Of a stretch of 64,000 nt of DNA, positions 10,320 through 19,804 are shown piece after piece (the stretch's first letter is position 1; each line of letters starts with the position of its first letter). Source of the stretch: Nitrosopumilales archaeon (GTDB lineage: Archaea; Thermoproteota; Nitrososphaeria; Nitrososphaerales; Nitrososphaeraceae); NCBI GenBank assembly GCA_044507735.1, contig JBIQJB010000001.1:160001-224000 (forward strand). Reading direction: 5' to 3'. Below the pieces are notes generated by a model, which searched no databases, was not told where the DNA came from, and saw nothing but the letters and a program-made list of their open reading frames with translations. A program made the translations under genes and the position numbers.

Positions 10320-10733
10320 TTACTTGCGCCCCTTTATCGAATTTACAGCCTTGAATGCAAGGCTCCCCGCAGAAGAGCCAGCAAGGTAACCTGCAATCGC
10401 GGCATCGATAGCTGCATCTCGCATGCTCTTGCCTTCATGTTTCCGCTTCCTGTAAACAGATGTGCCCACCCGTCTGCCAACGATCAACGCAGCAGCAGCG
10501 CCGGCGATGTATTCCGGCGCATCGACAAGCAGGTGCCCCAGAGGGTTTGTCAGCGGGTCCACTTTGTCCATGTGCACAGTATAATGGGTTTCATAGTCGC
10601 GGATGTGGAGGTTGCCGGAACGGTATTGCCTCTTGGCTCCCTTTTTGCTTCCAAGGGCTGTCTCTTTGAGGTCAATTATTGGCCTGACGGCCTTGGGCAC
10701 AATGATGTTGCCGTCGCCGTCAATAAATTCCAC
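10320..10733 (-). CDS. Conserved archaeal hypothetical protein
   Basis: GAKRQYR...HIRDY...HMDKVDP...PLGHL motif; co-oriented 5 nt upstream of the UbiB gene. Confidence 0.75.
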   Translation of the reverse strand: MEFIDGDGNIIVPKAVRPIIDLKETALGSKKGAKRQYRSGNLHIRDYETHYTVHMDKVDPLTNPLGHLLVDAPEYIAGAAAALIVGRRVGTSVYRKRKHEGKSMRDAAIDAAIAGYLAGSSAGSLAFKAVNSIKGRK

Positions 10734-10803
10734 GCCCGGAAAAGACCATAAATTGAATATAAAATTAGCGAATAGGTTTAATCCCTAGTCTAATGTTGTA
10801 GAG

Positions 10804-11337
10804 GTGGTGGGACGAAAGGTAAAGACAATTGAAAGTGCCAGAATCTACTCTGGCGGGGTGAACCTCCGGAAGGACCGGTTTTCGCTCAACGGCAGAGTTA
10901 TTGAAAAAGATATTGTAGAACACCGAAACTCGGTCGGGATAGTGCCGGTGAGTGGAAGTGATGTCATACTTGTGACGCAGTATCGGAGGGCCGCCGACAG
11001 GACATTGCTAGAGATTCCTGCGGGCAAGATCGAGAACGGCGAAACTCCAAGGCAAGCTGCAATCCGCGAGATGGCTGAAGAAATAGGCTACTCTGGCAGG
11101 CTGAAGCCACTTCTAAAATGGTACCTCGCTCCGGGCTACTCTACCGAGCTGATGCACGTGTTTGTCGCCACAGACCTGAGAAAGATAAAACGGGGCCCAC
11201 TTGACGACGATGAGAATATCCGGATAAGGAAAATAAAGCTTGCAGCCGCCATCAAGAAATGCCTGAACGGGGAGATCCTAGACAGCAAGACTATTGCATC
11301 TCTTCTAGCCTACAGCCAGTCCGACTGCACTGGCTGA
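10804..11337 (+). CDS. NUDIX hydrolase (ADP-ribose pyrophosphatase-like)
   Basis: Nudix box GKIENGETPRQAAIREMAEEIG; QYR and LEIPAG motifs. Confidence 0.92.
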   Translation: MVGRKVKTIESARIYSGGVNLRKDRFSLNGRVIEKDIVEHRNSVGIVPVSGSDVILVTQYRRAADRTLLEIPAGKIENGETPRQAAIREMAEEIGYSGRLKPLLKWYLAPGYSTELMHVFVATDLRKIKRGPLDDDENIRIRKIKLAAAIKKCLNGEILDSKTIASLLAYSQSDCTG

Positions 11338-12296
11338 TACACCTTTTTTCTCGCGTCGTCGAGGCTGTTTCTCTCGATTATTAGGCCCTGGCGCTTGAGA
11401 TCCTCGACTGCGGCCTGCACAGTCCTCCTGGGCAGATGGCTCATGGAGACAAGCTCGGTTTGGTCTATCGGGTGTTTTGTCCTGATCACAAAATAGATGA
11501 ACTTTGCGGCAGGACCTCCCTCTGGATTTCTGCGCAGATATGATACGCCAAACGCTGACTTTGAGAGAAAGCCTCTGCGCTGCGACTCCACGGACGCGAC
11601 TGCGTCAGGGTGAACCTCTGCAAGGTTGACCCGCTGGCCAAACTCTGCAATGAGCGCAGACTGCTGTGACTCTAGTGGTGCTTCAAAGATGAATGTACTT
11701 GGAGGGTAATCGTTTGTTATCGCCCCAACAAAGCTCCACTTTACAAGCGCCTTTTCGTCATAGATTCCAACATTGACGCCTTCGTTTGCCTCAAGCACGA
11801 TTTTCTTTGACCCAATTTTTACTGCCTCCTCTATCTTTGCAAGCGTGTCGTCGATGGTGAGCTGGTGCCTTGGATCCTTCTTCCCCACCTTCCACTGAAA
11901 CTCTAATCCTGCCGACTTGATCGTGTCGCTGATCTTTCTCTTTTGATCAAATGAAAGGTCGATGCTGTTCTCCCCAACTTCGACAATGTCAAAGCCGACT
12001 GTTGCGGCCTCTCTGACAAACTTTTCCAGCGAATTCTCGGAGATGGCAAACTCTGTTATTGTACTGCCTGTCGAAACCTGTACCCCGAAGTCATGGTAGA
12101 ACTTGATCTTTTTCTTGAGGTTCTCCTCTGACATGAGCATGGGGAGCACGCCATAGATCTTGACCACGTCGATAAATTGCGCAATGGTCGAAAAGTTGTC
12201 CTTGTCAATACCTTGCAGTTTGTCCACAGTGCATGTCAGCCCCTCCTTGCGGGGCTTCTTTGCATCTACTCTATTCTTTACGAAGTCGTCAAGCAT
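11310..12296 (-). CDS. ComA (phosphosulfolactate synthase)-like TIM barrel fused to a C-terminal winged HTH
   Basis: KPRKEGLT, VGKKD, IFEAP..SQQ and FGQRVNLA ComA motifs; C-terminal DQTELVSMSHLPRRTVQAAVEDLKRQGLI...DARKKVY is a MarR-like wHTH. Confidence 0.88.
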   Translation of the reverse strand: MLDDFVKNRVDAKKPRKEGLTCTVDKLQGIDKDNFSTIAQFIDVVKIYGVLPMLMSEENLKKKIKFYHDFGVQVSTGSTITEFAISENSLEKFVREAATVGFDIVEVGENSIDLSFDQKRKISDTIKSAGLEFQWKVGKKDPRHQLTIDDTLAKIEEAVKIGSKKIVLEANEGVNVGIYDEKALVKWSFVGAITNDYPPSTFIFEAPLESQQSALIAEFGQRVNLAEVHPDAVASVESQRRGFLSKSAFGVSYLRRNPEGGPAAKFIYFVIRTKHPIDQTELVSMSHLPRRTVQAAVEDLKRQGLIIERNSLDDARKKVYQPVQSDWL

Positions 12297-12309
12297 GAAT
12301 TAGCGTGAT

Positions 12310-12330
12310 ATATGCAGATTTTGCGCATAT
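12310..12330. promoter_or_regulatory. Candidate operator between the TATA box and start of the comA-HTH gene
   Basis: ATATGCAGATTTTGCGCATAT, an imperfect palindrome; similar site at 14885-14899. Confidence 0.4.
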
Positions 12331-12367
12331 TTTAATCTGCATGTCCTAGTCCTCATCAATCAAACGA

Positions 12368-13186
12368 TTATTCGTTGTGCTGGTCCAGTCCCCATCGAGC
12401 GCTAATCTTGTCTTCGATCTTGCGGAAAATGACTCTGTCAAATACTACACCTATGACAAAGATCGTAATCATTGTGGCAATGATGTCCTCCATACTGTTG
12501 AATTCCCTTCCGATCATCAGTATGTGCCCGAGGCCATACAGCGTGGTTATCAACATCTCTGCACCAATGAGCGCGTGCCATGCGAAGGACCATGCCTGTC
12601 GGATTCCGAGTACGAGCGATGGTGTAGCTGCGGGGATCATTACGTGGCGGAACAATGCGAACCCCTTTGCACCCATGTTGCGCGCTGCTCGAAGGTATAT
12701 CGGCGGTATATTGCGGATCGAGCTGTAGGTCGTTATCATCACAGAAAACACGGAGGCCATGATGACTACGAATAATATTCCGAGATCGTTGAAACCAAAG
12801 AATATGATGGCGAATGGCACCCATGCTATGCTTGGGAATGTCAGGAGACCGACTGCGAACGAGCTCATCGTCTTGCCAAAGCCTCGAAACTTGACCATTA
12901 CAAGCCCGGCGGCTACCCCAATGCCAAGCGAGATCACAAAGCCAGCACCAAGCCTTGCCATCGTCGTCGCAATGCCGATCGGCAATGAGGAATTTGCCAC
13001 AAGGTCTCCTATTGCAGAGACGACCATCGCCGGTGAAGGCAGTAGGAACGTTGGCCAGATCCCTAGTAGGAATACAAGCTGCCATATGCCGACGAACGCC
13101 GCCAGGAACAGCGCGACATTGGCAGCGTCACTTACGTCAAAGCCACGCTTCATGGACTGCTTCCGTGCGCGTTTCTCTTCTAGCAA
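12368..13186 (-). CDS. Sulfonate/nitrate/taurine-type ABC permease (SsuC/TauC)
   Basis: LLPSP, PSIAWVP, EAA-like loop AARNMGA...VMIPAATP, LIGAEML; start TTG 13186 or ATG 13153. Confidence 0.92.
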   Translation of the reverse strand: MLEEKRARKQSMKRGFDVSDAANVALFLAAFVGIWQLVFLLGIWPTFLLPSPAMVVSAIGDLVANSSLPIGIATTMARLGAGFVISLGIGVAAGLVMVKFRGFGKTMSSFAVGLLTFPSIAWVPFAIIFFGFNDLGILFVVIMASVFSVMITTYSSIRNIPPIYLRAARNMGAKGFALFRHVMIPAATPSLVLGIRQAWSFAWHALIGAEMLITTLYGLGHILMIGREFNSMEDIIATMITIFVIGVVFDRVIFRKIEDKISARWGLDQHNE

Positions 13187-13650
13187 ATCAGAAACCCTCC
13201 GCAAGTTCTTTCTGTATTAGCATCTTGACTGTTGTGAATTTCTGTACTGCCGCAATCCCGGGTTAGTGGAAGATTTGTCGAAAACTCCCCATTGCTCTCA
13301 TTCATACTTGTAGACAGCAGCGTAGTCTTGTCTCGAAGTGAGATTTCTTCGTTGATGTTGCCAGTGGCGAGTGGGATCGTCTCCTTGACGGCCTTGTATA
13401 TCCGTATGAGTTGGTTGTGCAACAGTTCTCTTGCCTGTTGGGCAAGCGTGAATGACTCATACATCAACAGCCGTCCAGCTACCATTTTGGACGATGTGCT
13501 GTTTCGCTTGTCAGGCACACCCGCGGTCACCAAAAGCTCTCCAGCATTGACACTCGTGTTGACGATGTTCCGGACTATGGACTGCTGCTGAGACACAGGA
13601 CTTGCATGATGGAAAGCCTCGGGGATTCCGCTTACCTCCAATACTGACAT
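13180..13650 (-). pseudogene. Decayed ABC ATPase (SsuB/TauB-like)
   Basis: Eroded Walker A (GELLVTAGVPDKRNSTSSKMVAG) joined directly to an eroded Walker B (LLMYES) and H-loop (LATGNINEEI); signature region missing; natural-looking C-terminus TVKMLIQKELAEGF* in another frame. Confidence 0.7.
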
Positions 13651-13762
13651 CCTAGCCTGTCGATACCTGGTTGTCGTCAAGTTTTGCCACACTCGATTCT
13701 ATTGCACAGCATATAATCTACCCTATAGGTGCAATTGTCGCCATGTAGATGCAACTTTTGCA

Positions 13763-14824
13763 TCATTGTATCTGCTCCAATCCCTTCTTGGCAAGGACCT
13801 CATTCAGCAACCTCAAGTCGTAAATGTTTGACAGATCAGGCCTCTTGTCAAAGAATCCTATGTCAAACGCGTCATTGGCCGACTTGATCAGCGATTCCTG
13901 TACAGGATCCCATGTCAGGGTCATCCTGGAGAGTCCTTCTTTGAACTCATCTTCGGGTATGGTCTTTCCTGTGAGTCTTTCTAGCTGTGCATTAAACACA
14001 GCGATTGCTTCGTCTTGGTTTTCGTTTATCCATTGGGTTTCTGCAACATGCGCTTCCAACAGCTTGCTGATTATTTCGGGGTTCTTTTCCAGATATTCAG
14101 TCCTGGCAATAACATGTGCGGTAACAAATTCGCCTTCGGGCCAGAGCTCTCTCTCATCTAGGAAGATCCGGCCATTAGCTTCGTTGACCAGCTTTGCTCC
14201 CCAAGGCTCTGGGACCCATGCACCGTGGATCTCTTTCTTTGTCATGAGGGTGACTATGTCGCTATTTTTTGCTGGAAGTACTTCGATATTGCCACCGTTT
14301 TCTTTTGTGTTAAGGCCATTTTCAAGCAGATACTTTCTCAATGCAACATCCTGCGTGTTTCCAAGCTGGGGGGATGATAGCTTCTTGTTGGCCAAATCCT
14401 CGACCGAATTGATACCAGCGTCGTTCCTGACTACAAACACCGCGCCTCCGCTAGTTGCGCCGGAAATGATTCTGAGAGCCTTGCCGCCCGACTGCACATA
14501 GCCGTTGATCGCGGGGTTTGGACCGATGTAAGTCACGTCGATCTGATTAGCAAATAACGCCTCGATGGCAGAAGGGCCCGCATTGAATACCTGAGTTCTC
14601 ACTTCAATGTCGTCGCCAAGAGCTTTTTGAAAGTCGCCATTACCAAGGCCAATGACCGCCTGTGCATGATTGATGTTTGGGAAATATCCAATCCTCAGAA
14701 CTTTTGATTTTGCTTCTGAACCGCCGTTGCTTCCAGCAAGCGATAATCCTAGTGTAGGTATTGAAGTCAAAATGACTGCGATGATTATTGCTGCAGTAAT
14801 CCCTACCTTGATCCTATTATCCAT
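13763..14824 (-). CDS. Aliphatic sulfonate-type ABC substrate-binding protein (SsuA-like)
   Basis: N-terminal anchor; LRIGYFPNINHAQA, FNAGP, YIGPNPAING, PQLGNTQDVALR, WVPEPW. Confidence 0.93.
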   Translation of the reverse strand: MDNRIKVGITAAIIIAVILTSIPTLGLSLAGSNGGSEAKSKVLRIGYFPNINHAQAVIGLGNGDFQKALGDDIEVRTQVFNAGPSAIEALFANQIDVTYIGPNPAINGYVQSGGKALRIISGATSGGAVFVVRNDAGINSVEDLANKKLSSPQLGNTQDVALRKYLLENGLNTKENGGNIEVLPAKNSDIVTLMTKKEIHGAWVPEPWGAKLVNEANGRIFLDERELWPEGEFVTAHVIARTEYLEKNPEIISKLLEAHVAETQWINENQDEAIAVFNAQLERLTGKTIPEDEFKEGLSRMTLTWDPVQESLIKSANDAFDIGFFDKRPDLSNIYDLRLLNEVLAKKGLEQIQ

Positions 14825-14882
14825 GGCGGATGTGATACATGCGCTATTTAATACTGCTTTTAATCATGCAAAAAACGGGTAT

Positions 14883-14900
14883 TATGTGCAAAATGCGCAA
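14883..14900. promoter_or_regulatory. Candidate operator upstream of the ssuA-like gene
   Basis: TGTGCA-AAA-TGCGCA near-palindrome ~60 nt upstream of the start; resembles the 12310-12330 site. Confidence 0.35.
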
Positions 14901-15104
14901 GGAACCACTACTACAAGACGCAACAATAGCATATGACATGAAATGGGCCTGAAGCTGTTGCAAGTTTACATATCATGATTGCGAGTGTCATGCAGGCACC
15001 GCACAATACGTCCGACTTGTATCGTACATTCAAACGATCTGTCCAATGAACCATGCAGAATACCTTGGACTTTCTGAAAATCGTACAGGGCTATGGTTTG
15101 AACA

Positions 15105-16898
15105 TCATGCCGTTTCTGTGTCATGTGAGTGAACCTTTCTCAGGACATCGTGTACCTGATTGCGGAAGAGTGTGAGCCCGATTCTGCGTGCATATGGCTG
15201 GCCTTTCGCGAACGATTCTGCGAGGTTGGTTACAAAATCCATTTCGACCTTTGGAGGCATCGGGGGCTCGAACGGATCCACATACGCTTCTATTATCGTG
15301 GGTTTTTTCTCCCGCATAGCTTGGCTTATTACTGTCCTCACTTCTGCTGGATCATTTACCGAGTAACCTCTGCCACCACAACTTTCAGCAAATGCAGAGA
15401 AGTCTATCGGGGTAAATTCGACACCGTATTCTGGATTGCCGAGGAATGCCATCTGCTCCCACCTGATCATTCCAAGCGTATTATTCTTGATTATCACAAC
15501 TTTTATCGGTAGGTTATATTGCACGGCCGTTGCAAATTCGGCCATCAGCATGGAAAAGCCGCCGTCGCCTACAAACGCAATGCATTGCTTGTCTGGGTAC
15601 GCAATCTGGGCTGCTATTGCGTACGGCAGACCGCAGGCCATGCTTGCAAGCGTGCCAGAGAGCGAAAACTTCATGCCACGGCGTAGCTGAATGTATTGCG
15701 CGGCCCAGATTGTGTTTGTACCGCTGTCCACTGAAATTATCGCATTGTCCTGCAGTTCTTCAGATACTGCGGCTGCGATCACCTGTGGTTTGATCGGCTT
15801 GTCAGTTCTGCTGCTGCGCTCCCTGAGGAGGCCCATCCAGTCTTTCATGGCTCTTTGTCTTGACTGCAAAAAATCGCGGTTTTCCTTGTGCTTCAGCAGC
15901 GGGAGAAGCATGGACAACGTGGTTTTAGAGTCGCCTACCAGGCCAGTTTCTACAGGATATCGCAGACCAATTTTCTCGGGCAGGAGGTCAATCTGGACTC
16001 CTCTTGCTTGGCCGGGTTTGGGCAGGTAGTCAATGTAAGGAAACGAAGTTCCCACCATCAATAGCGTATCTGCCTGCTCCATAGCGTCGGTAGCCGGCTC
16101 CGTCCCCAGCATCCCTATGCCTCCAAGATTGTTTGGGTGGTCGTCAGAAACTACCGCCTTTCCTAGCAGTGCCTTGACTATTGGCGCACCCAGCCTCTCA
16201 GACACCGCCTCGACTTCTGCGCCAGCTCTCAGTGCACCCTGTCCGACAAGCATTACCACCCTTTCGCCTGCATTGAGGATATCCGCTGCTTTCTTTACCA
16301 TCACAGGATCGGGTACAACACAGGACGCAAATACATCTGAGGTATGACCTGCGACCTTGTGCCGCGAGTACCTGCCACTCAACCTCTTTTCCTGAACGTC
16401 TATTGGGATGGTCAGGTGGCTTACACCGCGCCTAGAAATTGCAGTCCGGCATGCAATGTCGACGGCCATCTCTGCATGCTCTGGGCTGTTTATCATATTG
16501 TTATAAACAGAAACGTCTGAAAAGAGATGAACAAGGTTGACGTCCTGCTGGTAGTTTGAGCCTATCATGTCAGAGTATGTGGTACCTGTTATGGCAATAA
16601 CAGGCGTGTTGTCGGCCTTGGCATCGTATAGACCTGTCAGAAGATGTATGGCACCCGGTCCCGATGTTGCTACACATGCCCCCAGCTTGCCTGTGTATTT
16701 TGCATAGGCACATGCCATGAACGCAGCTGATTCCTCGTGGCGAACCAGCACAAATTTTATCTTGTCCTTACGGCGTCTGAGCGCCTCGATAAATCCATTG
16801 ATACCGTCTCCTGGGAGCCCGAACATTACTTCCACTCCCCAATCGAGCAGCGATTCTGCTACAATGTCAGCCGTGCTAGCTCCTTCATCTACAACCAT
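15105..16898 (-). CDS. TPP-dependent enzyme, pyruvate oxidase/PoxB-like
   Basis: FGLPGDGIN, VRHEESAAF, TSGPGAIHLLTGLYDA and the TPP motif GDGGFSM...NN. Confidence 0.9.
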   Translation of the reverse strand: MVVDEGASTADIVAESLLDWGVEVMFGLPGDGINGFIEALRRRKDKIKFVLVRHEESAAFMACAYAKYTGKLGACVATSGPGAIHLLTGLYDAKADNTPVIAITGTTYSDMIGSNYQQDVNLVHLFSDVSVYNNMINSPEHAEMAVDIACRTAISRRGVSHLTIPIDVQEKRLSGRYSRHKVAGHTSDVFASCVVPDPVMVKKAADILNAGERVVMLVGQGALRAGAEVEAVSERLGAPIVKALLGKAVVSDDHPNNLGGIGMLGTEPATDAMEQADTLLMVGTSFPYIDYLPKPGQARGVQIDLLPEKIGLRYPVETGLVGDSKTTLSMLLPLLKHKENRDFLQSRQRAMKDWMGLLRERSSRTDKPIKPQVIAAAVSEELQDNAIISVDSGTNTIWAAQYIQLRRGMKFSLSGTLASMACGLPYAIAAQIAYPDKQCIAFVGDGGFSMLMAEFATAVQYNLPIKVVIIKNNTLGMIRWEQMAFLGNPEYGVEFTPIDFSAFAESCGGRGYSVNDPAEVRTVISQAMREKKPTIIEAYVDPFEPPMPPKVEMDFVTNLAESFAKGQPYARRIGLTLFRNQVHDVLRKVHSHDTETA

Positions 16899-16970
16899 TG
16901 CGATATTATTTGCAGGATTACAAGTAAGCGGATTGAAAGAATGTTATAGAGAATCTGTTGCAGCAGGTAT

Positions 16971-17279
16971 TCAGACGTCTGCGAGCTTGTCTATGGTTTT
17001 TGCAAGCCTGATGTCGTAATTGCTGATGCCGCCGACATCGTGCGTGACCAAGTCGATCTTGACTTTGTTGTACACATTGAACCATTCTGGATGATGGTTC
17101 ATCTTTTCGGCCTCTATGGCGACCATTGTCATAAAGCCAAACGCATGTACGAAATCGTCGAATTCAAAGGTCTTGCTTACCTTGCCATCTACAACTTTCC
17201 AGCCCCTGAGATTGACTGTCTGCTCATGTATCTCCTTTTCAGATAGCTTCCTATAGTCCTCTTCCACTTCATTGGACAT
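16971..17279 (-). CDS. Pterin-4-alpha-carbinolamine dehydratase
   Basis: [10 protein letters not shown] and THDVGGIS motifs. Confidence 0.93.
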   Translation of the reverse strand: MSNEVEEDYRKLSEKEIHEQTVNLRGWKVVDGKVSKTFEFDDFVHAFGFMTMVAIEAEKMNHHPEWFNVYNKVKIDLVTHDVGGISNYDIRLAKTIDKLADV

Positions 17280-17314
17280 GTGCAAATACGCTACTCAGGT
17301 CTTGCGCAGCGTAC

Positions 17315-18694
17315 CTAATACGTCTTCCCAAGCAGCGATGTCCTCTTGGCTGCGATCACTCCGCCAATAGCAAGAGCGGCAACAATAGCTGCAATGCTTG
17401 CAGGGAACTCTGGAACCACTGTAACACTCGACTGGATTGATTCGCTGGTTCCTCTTATCTTGTCCACTCTGACAGTAAACGACCCTGTCGTATTGAAAGT
17501 GACGTCCTGTGATGAGACGCCTTCCGGTGTAGTTACTCCACCTGCGCGGATGATTTCGCCGCCGTTCTCATCCATTATGACAAACTCATACGTCGCTGCG
17601 TTCAACGGCTGGTCAGCGTTGTCAGTTATTCTGATGCCAAACGTTACTGGCTGTTGGGGCAATATTTGCTCTGGCCATGTGAACGCCACCTTGTAGTTTT
17701 CAGAGTTTGCAGCAATCTGAGCTACTCTCACTTCGCTGGTCGGCGGGCTCAATGAAAATACAGCCTTGTCTGGCGTCCTTCCTTCAGATACGACTCTTTC
17801 AGCTATGTTCTGGAGGTTGTTCTTTGAGATCGTAAAGTGCACTATTGTGGCCTCTGGTGTGTATGTGTCGACTGCCACTGGCACGCTTATGCCGTTCACA
17901 GTTGCATTGAGTGACTGCTTGTTAAAGTCGGAAAGCGCCTTTGGTATGAATACTTCTGTATGGAGCATACCTATTCTGCTCGGTAGGTCAGAGGACCAGT
18001 CAAATGGCATCGAAAACTCGATGGTCTTGGTTTGCTCATTGTAGCTGTGGTTATCGATAGCGCCATAGTAGTTCCTGACCTTGACCTGCTGGCCTTCTGC
18101 ATCTATCACTTCTTCGCGGCCAGGGGTGACCCAGACATCGTACTGAAGCACCGGAGCAACCTGAGTTCTTGTGGTGCCCACCGTGTGAATTTCCACAAAG
18201 AGATTGTATAGCCCGGGCTCATTGAAAATTGGTCCTTCGATGGTCACAGGCCCGCCTCTGTTCCATATGCCTCCGAACTGCGGCTCTGACTCTCCCCTTG
18301 CCACCGCATTTTCAGCGTCCTTTGGAACCACCTTGATTCGCAGGTTACCTTCTGGATCGTAGAAAAATCCTTGACCTCCGAACTGTCCACCTTCAGTCAG
18401 GATCGGGATTTCGTTTCCGTCTTTCTTGAAAAAGACCCTGTAAGTCACTTCCCTAAAGTTCTCATTAGTATTTTCATCAAAGAACCTAGCGTTGATATAG
18501 ACAGGATCGGCAGAAGTGGTCACTACTAGAGGCTCGAGCGAAACAAAGAGGCTGGCCTTCTTGCCCCCGAAATCGGCGGGAGGGGGCTGGTGCCCACCGT
18601 GAGCAAATGCGCTGGGCAGTGCAGGTGCAGAAATCATCACTGTGACAAGAAACGCGAGTAACAAGATGGAACCGAGAATTCTTCTCTCCGGCAT
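17315..18694 (-). CDS. Exported protein with PEF-CTERM-type sorting signal
   Basis: Signal peptide ending AFA-HGGH; C-terminal VVPEFP followed by a TM helix and basic tail. Confidence 0.85.
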   Translation of the reverse strand: MPERRILGSILLLAFLVTVMISAPALPSAFAHGGHQPPPADFGGKKASLFVSLEPLVVTTSADPVYINARFFDENTNENFREVTYRVFFKKDGNEIPILTEGGQFGGQGFFYDPEGNLRIKVVPKDAENAVARGESEPQFGGIWNRGGPVTIEGPIFNEPGLYNLFVEIHTVGTTRTQVAPVLQYDVWVTPGREEVIDAEGQQVKVRNYYGAIDNHSYNEQTKTIEFSMPFDWSSDLPSRIGMLHTEVFIPKALSDFNKQSLNATVNGISVPVAVDTYTPEATIVHFTISKNNLQNIAERVVSEGRTPDKAVFSLSPPTSEVRVAQIAANSENYKVAFTWPEQILPQQPVTFGIRITDNADQPLNAATYEFVIMDENGGEIIRAGGVTTPEGVSSQDVTFNTTGSFTVRVDKIRGTSESIQSSVTVVPEFPASIAAIVAALAIGGVIAAKRTSLLGKTY

Positions 18695-18784
18695 TTCCTA
18701 ATCTGAAAATCGTATTACGGTATATATTGGTTATTTTCAACTTCCAATACTATTAATACTCGCTACGTTCGTGCATTTTTTGCT

Positions 18785-18859
18785 GGATGGGTAGTCTAGT
18801 CTGGTTAGGATACCTGTCTCACACACAGGTGGTCGAGAGTTCAAATCTCTCCCCATCCA
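18785..18859 (+). tRNA. tRNA-Val(CAC)
   Basis: GGATGGG/CCCATCC acceptor, CCTGT-CTCACAC-ACAGG anticodon arm, GAGAG-TTCAAAT-CTCTC T arm; T-run downstream. Confidence 0.97.
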
Positions 18860-18963
18860 CTTTTTCATTCATTCTCGGTGCGTTACATGTGCTATGGAAG
18901 TTCGACAGTATCCTGACAATGCCAAGTTCCAATCCCGCATGTCGCGGTTTGTAGCGTCGGCAT

Positions 18964-19440
18964 CTATTTCCTGCGCTCAAACTTCGCCCGTTTGCGTTCT
19001 AGGAATGATTCTGTCTCTGATAGCATCTCGTTGACTTTCTGCACGACCGCCTCGGCAGTTATGGGTTTCATGACCACTACGTCTGCGCCAACTTTCATTG
19101 CCATTGCCCTTGCATTGTCTTCTTCAACAACTACCATTATTTTCTGATCAGGCTTTGCCCGCCTGACGCTGATTATCACAGACACACCAGCGTCTCCGGC
19201 CATCGCGCCATTCATCAAGATAATGTCTGGCTTGGGCTCCATGACTTTGAATAGGGAGATGCATTCGTGCGCTGTCATTGCCGTCTTAACTTCAAAATTT
19301 GCCAGCTCAAACGCCCCCGCAATGTGAGTAAGGATAAAGGGAGAGGTATCTGCTAGCAGAATAATTGGCTTTGGGTCCGCTGCTATTCTCTCGTTGTTTT
19401 CTTCGTCCTTCTTGGACACCAATGGTAAGCGGAATAACAT
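18964..19440 (-). CDS. Atypical receiver-domain protein (phospho-acceptor Asp replaced by Asn)
   Basis: ILLADTS...PDIILMNG...GADVVVMKP. Confidence 0.82.
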   Translation of the reverse strand: MLFRLPLVSKKDEENNERIAADPKPIILLADTSPFILTHIAGAFELANFEVKTAMTAHECISLFKVMEPKPDIILMNGAMAGDAGVSVIISVRRAKPDQKIMVVVEEDNARAMAMKVGADVVVMKPITAEAVVQKVNEMLSETESFLERKRAKFERRK

Positions 19441-19804
19441 GGTGTTTAACGGCTATAGAACTAGAGAGTTCGATTTGTCACCCGATAATGACTCAAAGAA
19501 GCCAGAACACTGGTCATTTCCGGCATTTCCGGCACATTGGCAGGTTCGTCACCTTGCCAGAGAAAACCATCGCTTTCCCATTGGAGAGCTGTGGTTAACC
19601 ACTGCCTGGCCAGAATCATCCTGGTCACAACAAGGCCTGTTCCTTCGAAGCAGGAAGATGGTTGACTGCCCGCGAAACGATTTCCGTTCCGACATTTCAA
19701 GTGAACGAAGGAGTGTGAACTGTGTCTGATGTCACGATTGCTACACTGGCACGTCGTCACGATACAAATCAAGGATCGAGGATGTGAATTTCGCAATTTC
19801 CTAG

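Noticed and set aside
19514-19534. 9-bp tandem repeat CATTTCCGG x2
   Set aside because: Two copies only, with no functional context.
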